A stretch of DNA of 34,366 nucleotides from a virus. Taxonomy: Duplodnaviria > Caudoviricetes. The stretch spans positions 1 through 34,366 of the IMG/VR virus record IMGVR_UViG_3300025296_000063; one strand, 5' to 3'. Made by a program: the position numbers and the translations under genes. Positions 25,131-34,258 of this stretch are shown piece by piece (within the stretch, counting starts at the first letter, position 1; every line of letters starts with the position of its first letter). The notes under the pieces were generated by a model. The model saw only the letters and a program-made list of their open reading frames with translations. It had not been told where the DNA came from and did not search any database.

Positions 25131-26719
25131 TTGATAAAAAGTTCAATATAGGTAAAGCTCCATCAGAGTTAGCCGTTGATGATGAGGTACTTGTTAAATC
25201 CTATAATGATTTACTTTATTTCGGTAGGGCATTTTTACCAAATGATTTTCTTAATAAAAGTAAATCTCCGCCATTTCATACAGATATAGCTAAAAAGCTA
25301 ATTTCTTCTAAACATGGTAGCAGGATATGTAATATACTTCCACGCGGCTTTGGTAAGTCAATTTTAGCAAAATCTGCTATTTTACATAAAATGTTATTTA
25401 ATCCTAAGGATAGAAAACAATTTATAGGTTGGGTAGCAGAGGAGCAGGGTCAGGCTATTGACCATTTAAAATATATCAAAGTCCATCTTGAAACAAATAC
25501 TGCTATTAAATACTATTTCGGCGAGTTGGCAGGTGATACCGTTGGTAACCGTTGGACTGAAAAAGATATTGTTACAGCTAAAGGCGATAGGATTATTGCT
25601 AAGGGTACGACGCAGAGATTACGTGGTCGTACTGAGATTGATGTTCGTTATACTGGTATTATTCTTGATGACTTTGAATCTGAATTGAATACAAAAACTT
25701 CCGAGCGTAGAAGTGAGATTAAGAAATGGGTAGTATCTACTGTTTATCCATCTTTGGAAGAATCCCCAGGTAATGAAGGTTGGATATGGTTGAGTGGTAC
25801 TATTGTACATTATGATAGTTTTTTACAATCTGTTGTTGATGGGTATAAACAAGCTGAACGTGATGGTTATAAATATCCATGGGATTTATATTTTTATAGA
25901 GCTATTGAAGATGGCAAAGCTATATGGGAAGAGCAGTTTTCAATAGAAAAGCTTCGATTAAAGAAACAGGAGTTTATAGAAGCTGGATTAGTTAACAAAT
26001 ATGCACAGGAGTATATGAATGATGCAAGGGATGTCAGTGAAGCGGCGTTTAAGGTTGACCGCATACAATATCATAGTGCAAGGTTCGAAGCAAAAGACAA
26101 GTTTCCGTATCTTTGTATTGGAGATGATTTGGTTCCGGTTAATATTTACATTGGAGTCGACTTGGCAGCAACAGCAACTAAAACGTCTGATTATCAGGTT
26201 ATCTTGGTTATGGCAATTGATAGGGAGAAAAATAGATACGTATTGGAGTATTTCCGCGAACGTATTCCCACGTTTGATGTTCCAAAAAAGATTCTTGAAC
26301 TTGCCAATAAATATCATCCGGTAAGACGAGTTACCATAGAGACTGTAGCGTCTCAAGAAATGGCTAGAGATATGACGTCAAGGCTAGCTGCTAAAGATAG
26401 AAGGCTCATACCCGGGATATTTAAAGGCGTTAAGCCACCTGCTGGTATAAAAAAGCAGGATAGGTTGGAAACATCACTTGGTCCGATTGTAAATACAAAG
26501 AAGTTATATCTGCGTAAAAATATGACTGAGTTGGTAGATGAGTTTTTTGAGCACCCATTCCAAAAGAATGATGATATAATGGATGCATTGTATTATGCTG
26601 ATTATTATTCTAGGTCTCCATCAAGTGGAGTTATAAGTGCGGAAACACTAGAAAAACGTAATAATGATAGCGGTTTACATAGAAAAGTTTATAATTGGGT
26701 AACTGGAATGAGAATTTAA
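25112..26719 (+). CDS. terL: Terminase large subunit
   Basis: Walker A PRGFGKS, LRG, Walker B IILDDFE, coupling motif SGT, RNase H-like IGVDLA...NDDIMDA. Confidence 0.95.
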   Translation: MEQEKIVDKKFNIGKAPSELAVDDEVLVKSYNDLLYFGRAFLPNDFLNKSKSPPFHTDIAKKLISSKHGSRICNILPRGFGKSILAKSAILHKMLFNPKDRKQFIGWVAEEQGQAIDHLKYIKVHLETNTAIKYYFGELAGDTVGNRWTEKDIVTAKGDRIIAKGTTQRLRGRTEIDVRYTGIILDDFESELNTKTSERRSEIKKWVVSTVYPSLEESPGNEGWIWLSGTIVHYDSFLQSVVDGYKQAERDGYKYPWDLYFYRAIEDGKAIWEEQFSIEKLRLKKQEFIEAGLVNKYAQEYMNDARDVSEAAFKVDRIQYHSARFEAKDKFPYLCIGDDLVPVNIYIGVDLAATATKTSDYQVILVMAIDREKNRYVLEYFRERIPTFDVPKKILELANKYHPVRRVTIETVASQEMARDMTSRLAAKDRRLIPGIFKGVKPPAGIKKQDRLETSLGPIVNTKKLYLRKNMTELVDEFFEHPFQKNDDIMDALYYADYYSRSPSSGVISAETLEKRNNDSGLHRKVYNWVTGMRI

Positions 26720-26751
26720 TGGAACTTTTTTAATATAAAAGTATTTATGTA

Positions 26752-26780
26752 TTGAAAAGTAAAAATTTATATTATAAATT
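26752..26780 (+). promoter_or_regulatory. Putative sigma70-type promoter for the portal/capsid genes
   Basis: TTGAAA (26752-26757), 17 nt, TAAATT (26775-26780), 6 nt, ATG 26787. Confidence 0.6.
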
Positions 26781-26786
26781 GTGACT

Positions 26787-28823
26787 ATGCCGGAAATAGA
26801 ATCTGACCAACGGGCAGAGGAAAATCTAGAATTATATCGACGCTGGCGCGATGCGCGTTCTGAATGGGACACGGAGGCTCGCACAGATATTGACTTTTAT
26901 GGCGGTAATCATTATACTGTCGAAGAGAGTGACGATTTAGCTTCTGTTAATCAAGCTGGTGTTCCAATGGATAGAATTGGACCTGCTGTAGAGAAGTTAA
27001 AAAGCGTTATTACAGCTAGACCGCCTGCGTTTACTATTATACCAAGAGAAGATTCAGATGCTAAAATATCTGGTGTATGGCGTACAGTTCTTGGATATTG
27101 TTGGGAAGTTTCTGGCGGTGATATACATTTAAAACAAGCTATACATGATTATTCTACAACAGGTCTTGGCTATTTATATGCTTATGTAGATAATGATTCT
27201 GATTTTGGTAGGGGTGATGTAAAGTTCACTAGTGTGAACCCGTTTCGTGTATATGTTCCGCCAACAGCGCGGGACCGTTTTTTCGATGATGCTGATAGTA
27301 TCATACTTTCTACTATTCTCACTGAAGAACAAGTGCTTCGCCTCTACCCTGAATTAGGAGATGTATATAATGAAGAAACCGGTGAAATAGAAGATGGAGT
27401 TTTAAAATCCATTAATGCTTATAGTGAAGATGACGATTATCCGTCTTCAAGTAATAAACAAAATATTAAGTATACTATGCCATCAGAAGCTAATAATCTT
27501 GCTTATGGCGATGTAGATAAGTATCAGATACTTGAACGATTTTATAAAGTTAAAGTTCCTTTTTATCGTATTGTAGATAGTCGCAGTGGTGAGGAACAAA
27601 TTTTAAATCAATTAGAATTTCAGTCGTTTTTAGCTGAAAATCCTGATGTATTTGAACGTGGATTGATTGAATATGAGGAAGTTCTTCAAAATAGAGTTGG
27701 AGTTATAGCTTCGATAGGTCAGATTGTTTTATATGAATCAATATTGAATAGTGATATATATCCTATAATTCCTATTCCAAATGTATATACAGGAACTCCA
27801 TATCCACGTTCAGATGTAGCAAGAGCTAGACCAATGCAGCGTTTATTGAATAAGCTTTGGTCATTGGCGATATCGCATGCTCAGGCATCTGCCGGTTTAA
27901 AATTATTAGTACCGCTTGGTAGTGTGGAAGATATAGGACAATTAGAACGTGATTGGGCTAATCCTAATGCAGTGATAGAAGTAGACAGTTCTCAGGGGGA
28001 ACCTCATTATCCTGCTCCTACACCACTTGCATCTGAATTTTATAAATTGATTCAAAGCGCAGAATTTTATATAGATTTTACGTTTGGTCTTCCTGAATTG
28101 ATGCACGGTTTTGCTGATAAAGCACCTGAAACGGTGCGCGGTACTGAGAGAATGGTATCACTCGGACAAGAAAGACCAAAGTCAAAGTTGCGCGATATTG
28201 AATTTTCTATAGTTAGACTAGGAAAGGTTATGTATGGTCTTGCCAAGAGTCATTATACATACAAAAAGATTTTTAGATTGGCTGGTGCTAATAATGACCA
28301 GACAGAAGTAATGGTAAATATTTACGATGATGTAACTGGTGTCCTAGTTGATATTGCTAAAGAGAAGTATAATATAGGTCAGCATGATATAAGTATACAG
28401 CCTGGGTCTACTTTACCAACAAGTAAGTGGGCTGAATATAAAGTATATCTTGAAGCTTATCAATTAGGTTTAATAGATAAAACTGAAGTTTTGAAAAAGA
28501 ACCCTGAAATCTTCGATAAGGAAGGAGTGCTGAAACGTACGAGTGAAATATCACAATTACAGGGAATGGTACAACAGTTACAGGGTCAGGTAAAAGATTT
28601 GCAGGGTGACTTGCAAACGGCTAGAAGGGAGTCCGTATCAGACAGAAAGAAAGTTGAGGTTGAAAAATTTAAATCTAAACTTTCAGGTGTTGAATCGGAC
28701 ACTAAAGCAAATAGTAAAATACAAGCTAATAAGCTTGATAATGCGGTGAAGTTAGCTGTCGAGCAATCTCGTGACCTCTTTCAAGGTATAGGGGCTCCAG
28801 GTTCTGCTGAAGAAGCAGCGTAA
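26787..28823 (+). CDS. Portal protein (P22-like, with C-terminal coiled coil)
   Basis: About 680 aa directly after TerL; DFYGGNH, GLGY, VNPFRVY, long C-terminal heptad region; start ATG 26787 (track uses GTG 26781). Confidence 0.88.
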   Translation: MPEIESDQRAEENLELYRRWRDARSEWDTEARTDIDFYGGNHYTVEESDDLASVNQAGVPMDRIGPAVEKLKSVITARPPAFTIIPREDSDAKISGVWRTVLGYCWEVSGGDIHLKQAIHDYSTTGLGYLYAYVDNDSDFGRGDVKFTSVNPFRVYVPPTARDRFFDDADSIILSTILTEEQVLRLYPELGDVYNEETGEIEDGVLKSINAYSEDDDYPSSSNKQNIKYTMPSEANNLAYGDVDKYQILERFYKVKVPFYRIVDSRSGEEQILNQLEFQSFLAENPDVFERGLIEYEEVLQNRVGVIASIGQIVLYESILNSDIYPIIPIPNVYTGTPYPRSDVARARPMQRLLNKLWSLAISHAQASAGLKLLVPLGSVEDIGQLERDWANPNAVIEVDSSQGEPHYPAPTPLASEFYKLIQSAEFYIDFTFGLPELMHGFADKAPETVRGTERMVSLGQERPKSKLRDIEFSIVRLGKVMYGLAKSHYTYKKIFRLAGANNDQTEVMVNIYDDVTGVLVDIAKEKYNIGQHDISIQPGSTLPTSKWAEYKVYLEAYQLGLIDKTEVLKKNPEIFDKEGVLKRTSEISQLQGMVQQLQGQVKDLQGDLQTARRESVSDRKKVEVEKFKSKLSGVESDTKANSKIQANKLDNAVKLAVEQSRDLFQGIGAPGSAEEAA

Positions 28824-28847
28824 ACATCGTGAAAGGAAAAAAATATA

Positions 28848-29618
28848 ATGAATGATGCTGAAGTAAAAGCCAATGAAGTGAGTGAAAATGAAGCTCTTTT
28901 TGATGGTAGTGTAGCAGGTGATGATTATTCCGAAACCGATATCAATGTATCAAATGATGGGGTATATGAAGATGTACTTCAAGGTGAATCTGATTCTACT
29001 ACTTCGCATGTCGATTGGGAATCTGAGGCTAAAAAGTTTCAGTCCATGTATGATAGAACTTCTGTTGAAAAGCAAAAGTTGGAAGATACAATGTTAAGAT
29101 TTGCGGAGAAGAGTTTAGATGGTTCAAACCAATCCAATGATGTCGGACGCGGTAATCGTGACTCTATTCTTCCTGAGGATGAATTTAATCCTTGGGATGC
29201 CTATTACAAGCCAGATTCTCCGTCTTATAAGTTTCGTGCTCAACAAGAGCAGGATTCTGTTAATTCGGTTGTGTCGGGACATATGGCGGCTCTTAACGAG
29301 CGCGTTGTATTGAACAACACAGTTAATGAACTACGTAACGTTTATAAGTTAGAAGACCATGAGGTAAGTGATTTTATGGAATTCGCAACAAAGCCGGTGG
29401 ACCGTTTAGATTTAGGTACATTGGTTAATGTTTGGAAGACATCAAATACTACAGGTCGTACAAAGCGTGATAGTTCATTGGATGCGGTGAAAGCCGCAAA
29501 AGAGGCTCCTCGTACAGCTGGTGTCCTGCAGGGTCAGTCCGGCTCTATGCCGAAATCTGACAAAGATAAAATGTGGGATTCTATTGTTAGTGCGGGAAGT
29601 AGAAATAGTGTTTTGTAA
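28848..29618 (+). CDS. Capsid scaffolding protein (putative)
   Basis: Acidic helical protein between portal and capsid genes; WESEAKKFQSMYDR; AAGGA RBS. Confidence 0.7.
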   Translation: MNDAEVKANEVSENEALFDGSVAGDDYSETDINVSNDGVYEDVLQGESDSTTSHVDWESEAKKFQSMYDRTSVEKQKLEDTMLRFAEKSLDGSNQSNDVGRGNRDSILPEDEFNPWDAYYKPDSPSYKFRAQQEQDSVNSVVSGHMAALNERVVLNNTVNELRNVYKLEDHEVSDFMEFATKPVDRLDLGTLVNVWKTSNTTGRTKRDSSLDAVKAAKEAPRTAGVLQGQSGSMPKSDKDKMWDSIVSAGSRNSVL

Positions 29619-29640
29619 TAAAACAAATAGGAGAAAATAA

Positions 29641-30996
29641 ATGGCTACTTATAATAGCGGGCAACTACAATTTGGTGACCCGGGTGCAGTTATCAGTTCT
29701 ACTATACCGTCTAGACGATTATTTGACTTTAGCGATAGAATTGCTGAACTTGCTCCAGAGGAATCACCATTTTTTGTATATTTGTCCAAAGTTGCAAAAG
29801 TACCCACTTCAGATTCTCAGTTTAGGTATCTAGAGGACAGAACTAAAATAGCAATAGCTGATAGAGGTTTCTTGTCTACAGGCGGAGCAACGCTTGTAGC
29901 TGAGGGAAGTTCTATGGATTTGGTATTTGATACAGTTGGAGGTGCAGCAGTTTCTTGGTTAATTCCTGGAATGATAGTTGCTGTATCTTTAAATGCAACA
30001 GATTCTGGTACAACTCCTTCTTATGGAACTGTTAGAATTAATACAGTTTCACAAGGAAGTTCCTCAACAACATGTGCTGTTACCTCAGTATCAACTGTGG
30101 GCGGTTCTGCAATGACTATTGCTGATAATGCGCAATGTACTGTAGTTGGAACATCTTTCCAAGAGGGAAGCGGTTCTCCAGATGTATGGTCTCAAGACTT
30201 AGAAAATGGAACTGGGTATACCCAGATTTTTAAGACTGCTTGTGAAATGTCCAATACAGCTAGAGCAACTGTTTATAGAGGATACTCTGATGAATGGCAA
30301 AGAATCTGGAATCTTAAGCTTAGAGAACATAAGGTTGATATCGAAAGAGCTATGCTCTTTGGACAACAGGCTTCAAGAGCTGGTATTCAATACAGTGATG
30401 GAATCGTTGGGCAGGTAATAAGAAATTCAACAGTTGAAGGTGGCGGTGCACAACTGTCATATACTGAAGATAAATCTTATTACAAGTCTAATACGGCGGC
30501 TCAATGGACTTATGATGATATCTTAAGTGATTTTGAGGTTATCTACGACCCTGCAAGGGGTGGTGGAACCTCCAAATTAGCATTGGCAAGTCTTCCTGTT
30601 ATGTCTTTCTTTAATAAGTTAGGCGATGGAAACTTTGTCAGTGAGTCTCTTGATAATGCAGCAGGTGCAAACAATCCTAATAGATACGTGTTTAATCAAT
30701 CTAATGGAGCATTTGGTCATAAGATTATGAAGATTGAAACTATTCATGGTGATTTAAGTTTAGTTAAAGAGCCACTGTTTAGAACATTCGCTGCTGGGTT
30801 CTGTATGCTGATTGATTTAGACCATGTGTCTTACAGACCTCTTGTTGGGAACGGTCTTAACCGTGATACTTCCATAACTACTAATGTGCAGCAAGCTGAT
30901 GAAGATTTGCGGAAAGACATGATTCTTACAGAAGCAGGTCTTGAAGTGTCTCTTCCTGAGACTCATGCACTTATTAATTTGGAAGGAGTTAACTAA
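29641..30996 (+). CDS. Major capsid protein
   Basis: 451 aa after the scaffold; IAELAPEESPF, YTQIFKT, HKVDIERAMLFG, MILTEAGLEV...HA; AGGAG RBS. Confidence 0.88.
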   Translation: MATYNSGQLQFGDPGAVISSTIPSRRLFDFSDRIAELAPEESPFFVYLSKVAKVPTSDSQFRYLEDRTKIAIADRGFLSTGGATLVAEGSSMDLVFDTVGGAAVSWLIPGMIVAVSLNATDSGTTPSYGTVRINTVSQGSSSTTCAVTSVSTVGGSAMTIADNAQCTVVGTSFQEGSGSPDVWSQDLENGTGYTQIFKTACEMSNTARATVYRGYSDEWQRIWNLKLREHKVDIERAMLFGQQASRAGIQYSDGIVGQVIRNSTVEGGGAQLSYTEDKSYYKSNTAAQWTYDDILSDFEVIYDPARGGGTSKLALASLPVMSFFNKLGDGNFVSESLDNAAGANNPNRYVFNQSNGAFGHKIMKIETIHGDLSLVKEPLFRTFAAGFCMLIDLDHVSYRPLVGNGLNRDTSITTNVQQADEDLRKDMILTEAGLEVSLPETHALINLEGVN

Positions 30997-30997
30997 G

Positions 30998-31456
30998 ATG
31001 AGAGCAGATTATCTGAATGATAACAGTCAAGTTAGCAATCTTGACGTAAAAATCGTTAAAGTAACAGCTGATTATACATTAACGGCAGACCAAAGTGGTT
31101 CTGTGGTTCTTGTTAATCCAACTGCAACAACTGAAATAGATTTACCAGCTCTTTCGGATATTAAATCTGGATGGAATTGCAAAATCATTTTAACAGAAGA
31201 TACTTTTAGTGGTGATGCTACTATGAATCAGAAAGTTAATATTGATTTTGGAAGTGGTAACTCTGTTTGCGGTCAAGTTGGCGGCTTTGATACAGCTGCT
31301 GGTGACATCGCCGTATCTGGAGATGATTTCATTAACTGTAGCGCTGCTGCAACCCCCGGTGATAGATTTGATATCTTCACTGATGGCGCTATATGGTACG
31401 TTAATGGATTAGCTTATGATGCTTCTGAATGTGCATTTGGCACTGCTGCTGCCTAA
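30998..31456 (+). CDS. Putative capsid decoration/virion structural protein
   Basis: AAGGAG RBS before ATG 30998; beta-rich YTLTADQSG...IDLPA...GW...DGAIWYV. Confidence 0.6.
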   Translation: MRADYLNDNSQVSNLDVKIVKVTADYTLTADQSGSVVLVNPTATTEIDLPALSDIKSGWNCKIILTEDTFSGDATMNQKVNIDFGSGNSVCGQVGGFDTAAGDIAVSGDDFINCSAAATPGDRFDIFTDGAIWYVNGLAYDASECAFGTAAA

Positions 31457-31458
31457 TT

Positions 31459-31538
31459 TTAATCCGAATAAATAAGGATTAACAGTTTTAGAGTACTGTG
31501 GGAGTCGTCAATAAAAGGCGACTCCCAAAACTCTAAAA
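31459..31538 (+). other. Tandem intergenic hairpins (structured RNA or regulatory element)
   Basis: TTAATCC-gaataaataa-GGATTAA and TTTTAGAGT-actg-TGGGAGTCGTC-aataaaa-GGCGACTCCCA-aa-ACTCTAAAA; no U-tract follows. Confidence 0.6.
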
Positions 31539-31543
31539 GAATT

Positions 31544-31744
31544 ATGAAGAATTGTATAAATTGTAAAGTACCTAATCCAGACGAATGGTTTTATTGCCGG
31601 AAGTGTGGTAAGCGGTCATCTGAATCTAAGTTTACTACAAACTTATATATGATGAGTGAGATTGGGAAAAGAACTGATATCGAATTTAGAACTACAACTA
31701 TAGAAAAAGATATCGAAGATATGAATAGGAGAAAATATGCCTAA
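31544..31744 (+). CDS. Small zinc-ribbon protein
   Basis: CINC...CRKCG. Confidence 0.7.
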   Translation: MKNCINCKVPNPDEWFYCRKCGKRSSESKFTTNLYMMSEIGKRTDIEFRTTTIEKDIEDMNRRKYA

Positions 31745-31844
31745 ACATTATATTGGTAAAAAAGGTAAAGCAAGAAAGAAAGCTTTAAAAGAGCATAAAA
31801 GAGCTTTAAAAAAGAAGAAACCTAGTAAAAAGAAGAAGAAATAA
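31737..31844 (+). CDS. Lys-rich peptide, 35 aa (not in ORF track)
   Basis: MPKHYIGKKGKARKKALKEHKRALKKKKPSKKKKK; AGGAG RBS; stop overlaps the next start (TAATG). Confidence 0.7.
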   Translation: MPKHYIGKKGKARKKALKEHKRALKKKKPSKKKKK

Positions 31845-32326
31845 TGGCTGGTACACTAAAAGTTAAAATACAAGAAGATATTATACTTGAAAATCAAGAT
31901 TATGGTTCTAAAAGAGTACTAGAAGTTGGGAGTATTGCGTCTATAGTAAAAAGAATTGTTAATATAGGTACTGATGAGATTGGATTACTTGGATTTGGAG
32001 CAGCTTATAATACTGAATTATCTAAAACATATTTAGCAGGTCAATTCGATGAGGATAATGTTAGATATATAAGAATTACAAATTTAGATAGTACTAATCA
32101 TATCGCATTGGTTTTAAAAAATGAAAATAATGATGAGTTTGGTGTAAAAGTTGATAAAGGATGTTCTTTTTTATATTGTGCCGATTTATTGGGTGGAGTA
32201 AAAGATACTATGGATTCTGCTGATGCTGCTGGAATAACTCCTAATTCATTCGGTGATTTAGTTGATATAACTTGTGCTGCTGATACAGCTGCTTGTGATG
32301 TTGAAGTCTTTGTAGCGAGTACATAA
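31844..32326 (+). CDS. Putative virion structural protein
   Basis: 160 aa, VRYIRITNLDSTN; lies in the post-capsid module. Confidence 0.6.
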   Translation: MAGTLKVKIQEDIILENQDYGSKRVLEVGSIASIVKRIVNIGTDEIGLLGFGAAYNTELSKTYLAGQFDEDNVRYIRITNLDSTNHIALVLKNENNDEFGVKVDKGCSFLYCADLLGGVKDTMDSADAAGITPNSFGDLVDITCAADTAACDVEVFVAST

Positions 32327-32931
32327 TGGCTTGGGATTTTGCAGCTGAGATAAGTGCTTTAACTGGTTTTAATGCTGATTATAATACTGATTCTCCGACT
32401 GGGGAAACATATAGAGTTCATACGACTCAATGGCTTACAGATTCTGCGAAAGAAGTTATAAGTGCATTACCTGAAGATTTACTTAAACTTTGTGCAAGTC
32501 AGCAGACATTTACATCTGGTAGTGCTGACACTTTAAATACTGGTAAAATATTAGAAGTGTTCAGAAATGATGGAGATATTGACCAGCCTTGTAGAAAAGT
32601 TGATTCTTTTCAAAAGGGAAGGTTTTCAGATTCTGAAGATATGAATTATGCTACTGTCACTGACCCTGTATATTATGTTGAAAATAATTCAATAGATGTA
32701 TTGCCAGTGGGCGGTTCCTGTAAATATTCTGAAGTTCAATACCCATCTGTAGCTTATAATGCTACTGCGATATCTGTATTTCCAGATGAGGCTGAACGGA
32801 CTGTTGTTCTTTCCGCTGCTATAAAAGCAGCTGAATATATGCTGGCTAATGAGGAAGATATAGAATTATTAAATCCTGTAATTGCTCAATTAAAAGATGA
32901 TTATCAAAAAGAATTAGCTAGGTTGAAGTGA
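32326..32931 (+). CDS. Putative head-tail adaptor-like protein
   Basis: QWLTDSAKEVI...DPVYY...FPDEAE..VVL.AA pattern; position after the capsid genes. Confidence 0.55.
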   Translation: MAWDFAAEISALTGFNADYNTDSPTGETYRVHTTQWLTDSAKEVISALPEDLLKLCASQQTFTSGSADTLNTGKILEVFRNDGDIDQPCRKVDSFQKGRFSDSEDMNYATVTDPVYYVENNSIDVLPVGGSCKYSEVQYPSVAYNATAISVFPDEAERTVVLSAAIKAAEYMLANEEDIELLNPVIAQLKDDYQKELARLK

Positions 32932-33287
32932 TGGCTGTACATTCAATGACAGTTAAGCAAATTATTTCTAGAGTTAGACAAGTATTTCCAGGCACTCCTG
33001 AAAATTATATTATGAATTTGATTAATGATGCGTTGGTGGAAGCCGGTATGTACAATTCAAAAGTAGTACACGCTAAAATTAGTACAGTTGCTGACCAGAT
33101 GTGGTATGATTTAGGAGATGCAGCTAAAGATTCATCTGATAATGTATTAGAGGTAAATAAGATTTTTAAGGTTTATTTTATGGATGATGATGGTGATTAT
33201 ATACAGATACCGAGATTATTGGATACGAATATATTATTGACAGATGTTACAAGTGAATCGGTATTAAAAGCTCCGGATAGTGAATAA
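32928..33287 (+). CDS. Putative head-tail connector protein
   Basis: MTVKQIISRVRQ...LINDAL...QMWYDL adaptor-like N-terminus. Confidence 0.55.
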   Translation: MMAVHSMTVKQIISRVRQVFPGTPENYIMNLINDALVEAGMYNSKVVHAKISTVADQMWYDLGDAAKDSSDNVLEVNKIFKVYFMDDDGDYIQIPRLLDTNILLTDVTSESVLKAPDSE

Positions 33288-33718
33288 TGGCTAGTAATAT
33301 ATCATACCCAGATAGTTCTTGTAGATGGTTTATAGAGGGTGATTCATTTTGTTTAATTACAAGTGTTGATAGTAGTGGTAATGCAAATACAACCGCAAGA
33401 AAAGAATGGAAAGCAATACAGGAAGCAGTCACTGATGGTATATTACTTTATTATTATGCTGAACCGAATAATGTATCATCGTTAAGCGATGTTCCTGATA
33501 TAGATAATTCACTGCATCTGGCATTGGTTGATTATGTAAAAAGATGTTTGTATATGGATTCAGCCGGAAAGAGTCATGACCCTAATGCATCGGCAGTGAG
33601 TATTAATATGTCTATGATGCATCAGAAACGATGGGATGAGGCTGTTAAAAGATTTGGAATGAAAAAAAGAGATAAGACGGGCGGGACTAGAGCGATTTTA
33701 CCGTCAAATTTTAAATAA
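33287..33718 (+). CDS. Putative head-tail connector protein
   Basis: PDIDNSLHLALVDYVK adaptor-like C-terminal pattern; coupled to the previous gene. Confidence 0.5.
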   Translation: MASNISYPDSSCRWFIEGDSFCLITSVDSSGNANTTARKEWKAIQEAVTDGILLYYYAEPNNVSSLSDVPDIDNSLHLALVDYVKRCLYMDSAGKSHDPNASAVSINMSMMHQKRWDEAVKRFGMKKRDKTGGTRAILPSNFK

Positions 33719-33777
33719 CCAAGATGCCCATGAGAGTTGTCAAGCTCGGTAAGGCATCATAACTAAGGAGAAAAAAG

Positions 33778-34107
33778 ATGACACAATTTAGCGTATCTGA
33801 AGCTCAAAACTTATCACTGGGTCAATCTGGCTCAATACTCGTAACAGGAACTACTGCCTGTACTAACGCTATAGGCGTTTTTGTAGCAATCCAATTCATA
33901 GAAGATTCAGTTTTCGCAAGTGGAAGCGGTGGTCTGATTGCAGAAACAGAGCAGTTATATCCAGATGATGCTGGAACTGGTACATCTATAGATTCAAACG
34001 CAGGTGCAGCATCTGATAGCGTAACCTTTCCTCAAGGCATGACCATCTTCGGTAGGTGGACAGGATTCACCCTAGCTTCAGGCAAAGTCGTTGCATATGT
34101 AGGCTAA
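33778..34107 (+). CDS. Putative virion/tail structural protein
   Basis: 109 aa, AAGGAG RBS; FPQGMTIFGRW...LASGKVVAY. Confidence 0.6.
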   Translation: MTQFSVSEAQNLSLGQSGSILVTGTTACTNAIGVFVAIQFIEDSVFASGSGGLIAETEQLYPDDAGTGTSIDSNAGAASDSVTFPQGMTIFGRWTGFTLASGKVVAYVG

Positions 34108-34108
34108 T

Positions 34109-34234
34109 ATGTTAGGATTAAGATTAAGAATTACATCTATGGTTACCCAAACAGCCCGTCTTGCCAGAGATTTATGGAACAAAATAAATGACACATGGGA
34201 GAACGAACATCGAAAGTGGGAAGACATTGTTTAA
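34109..34234 (+). CDS. Small hypothetical protein, 41 aa (not in ORF track)
   Basis: MLGLRLRITSMVTQTARLARDLWNKINDTWENEHRKWEDIV; starts 1 nt after the upstream stop. Confidence 0.55.
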   Translation: MLGLRLRITSMVTQTARLARDLWNKINDTWENEHRKWEDIV

Positions 34235-34258
34235 AATTTTAACAAATAGGAAAATATT

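Noticed and set aside
30941-30997. N-terminal extension of the post-capsid gene or capsid frameshift fusion
   Set aside because: A strong AAGGAG precedes ATG 30998 and I see no convincing slippery sequence; the upstream TTG start is probably incidental
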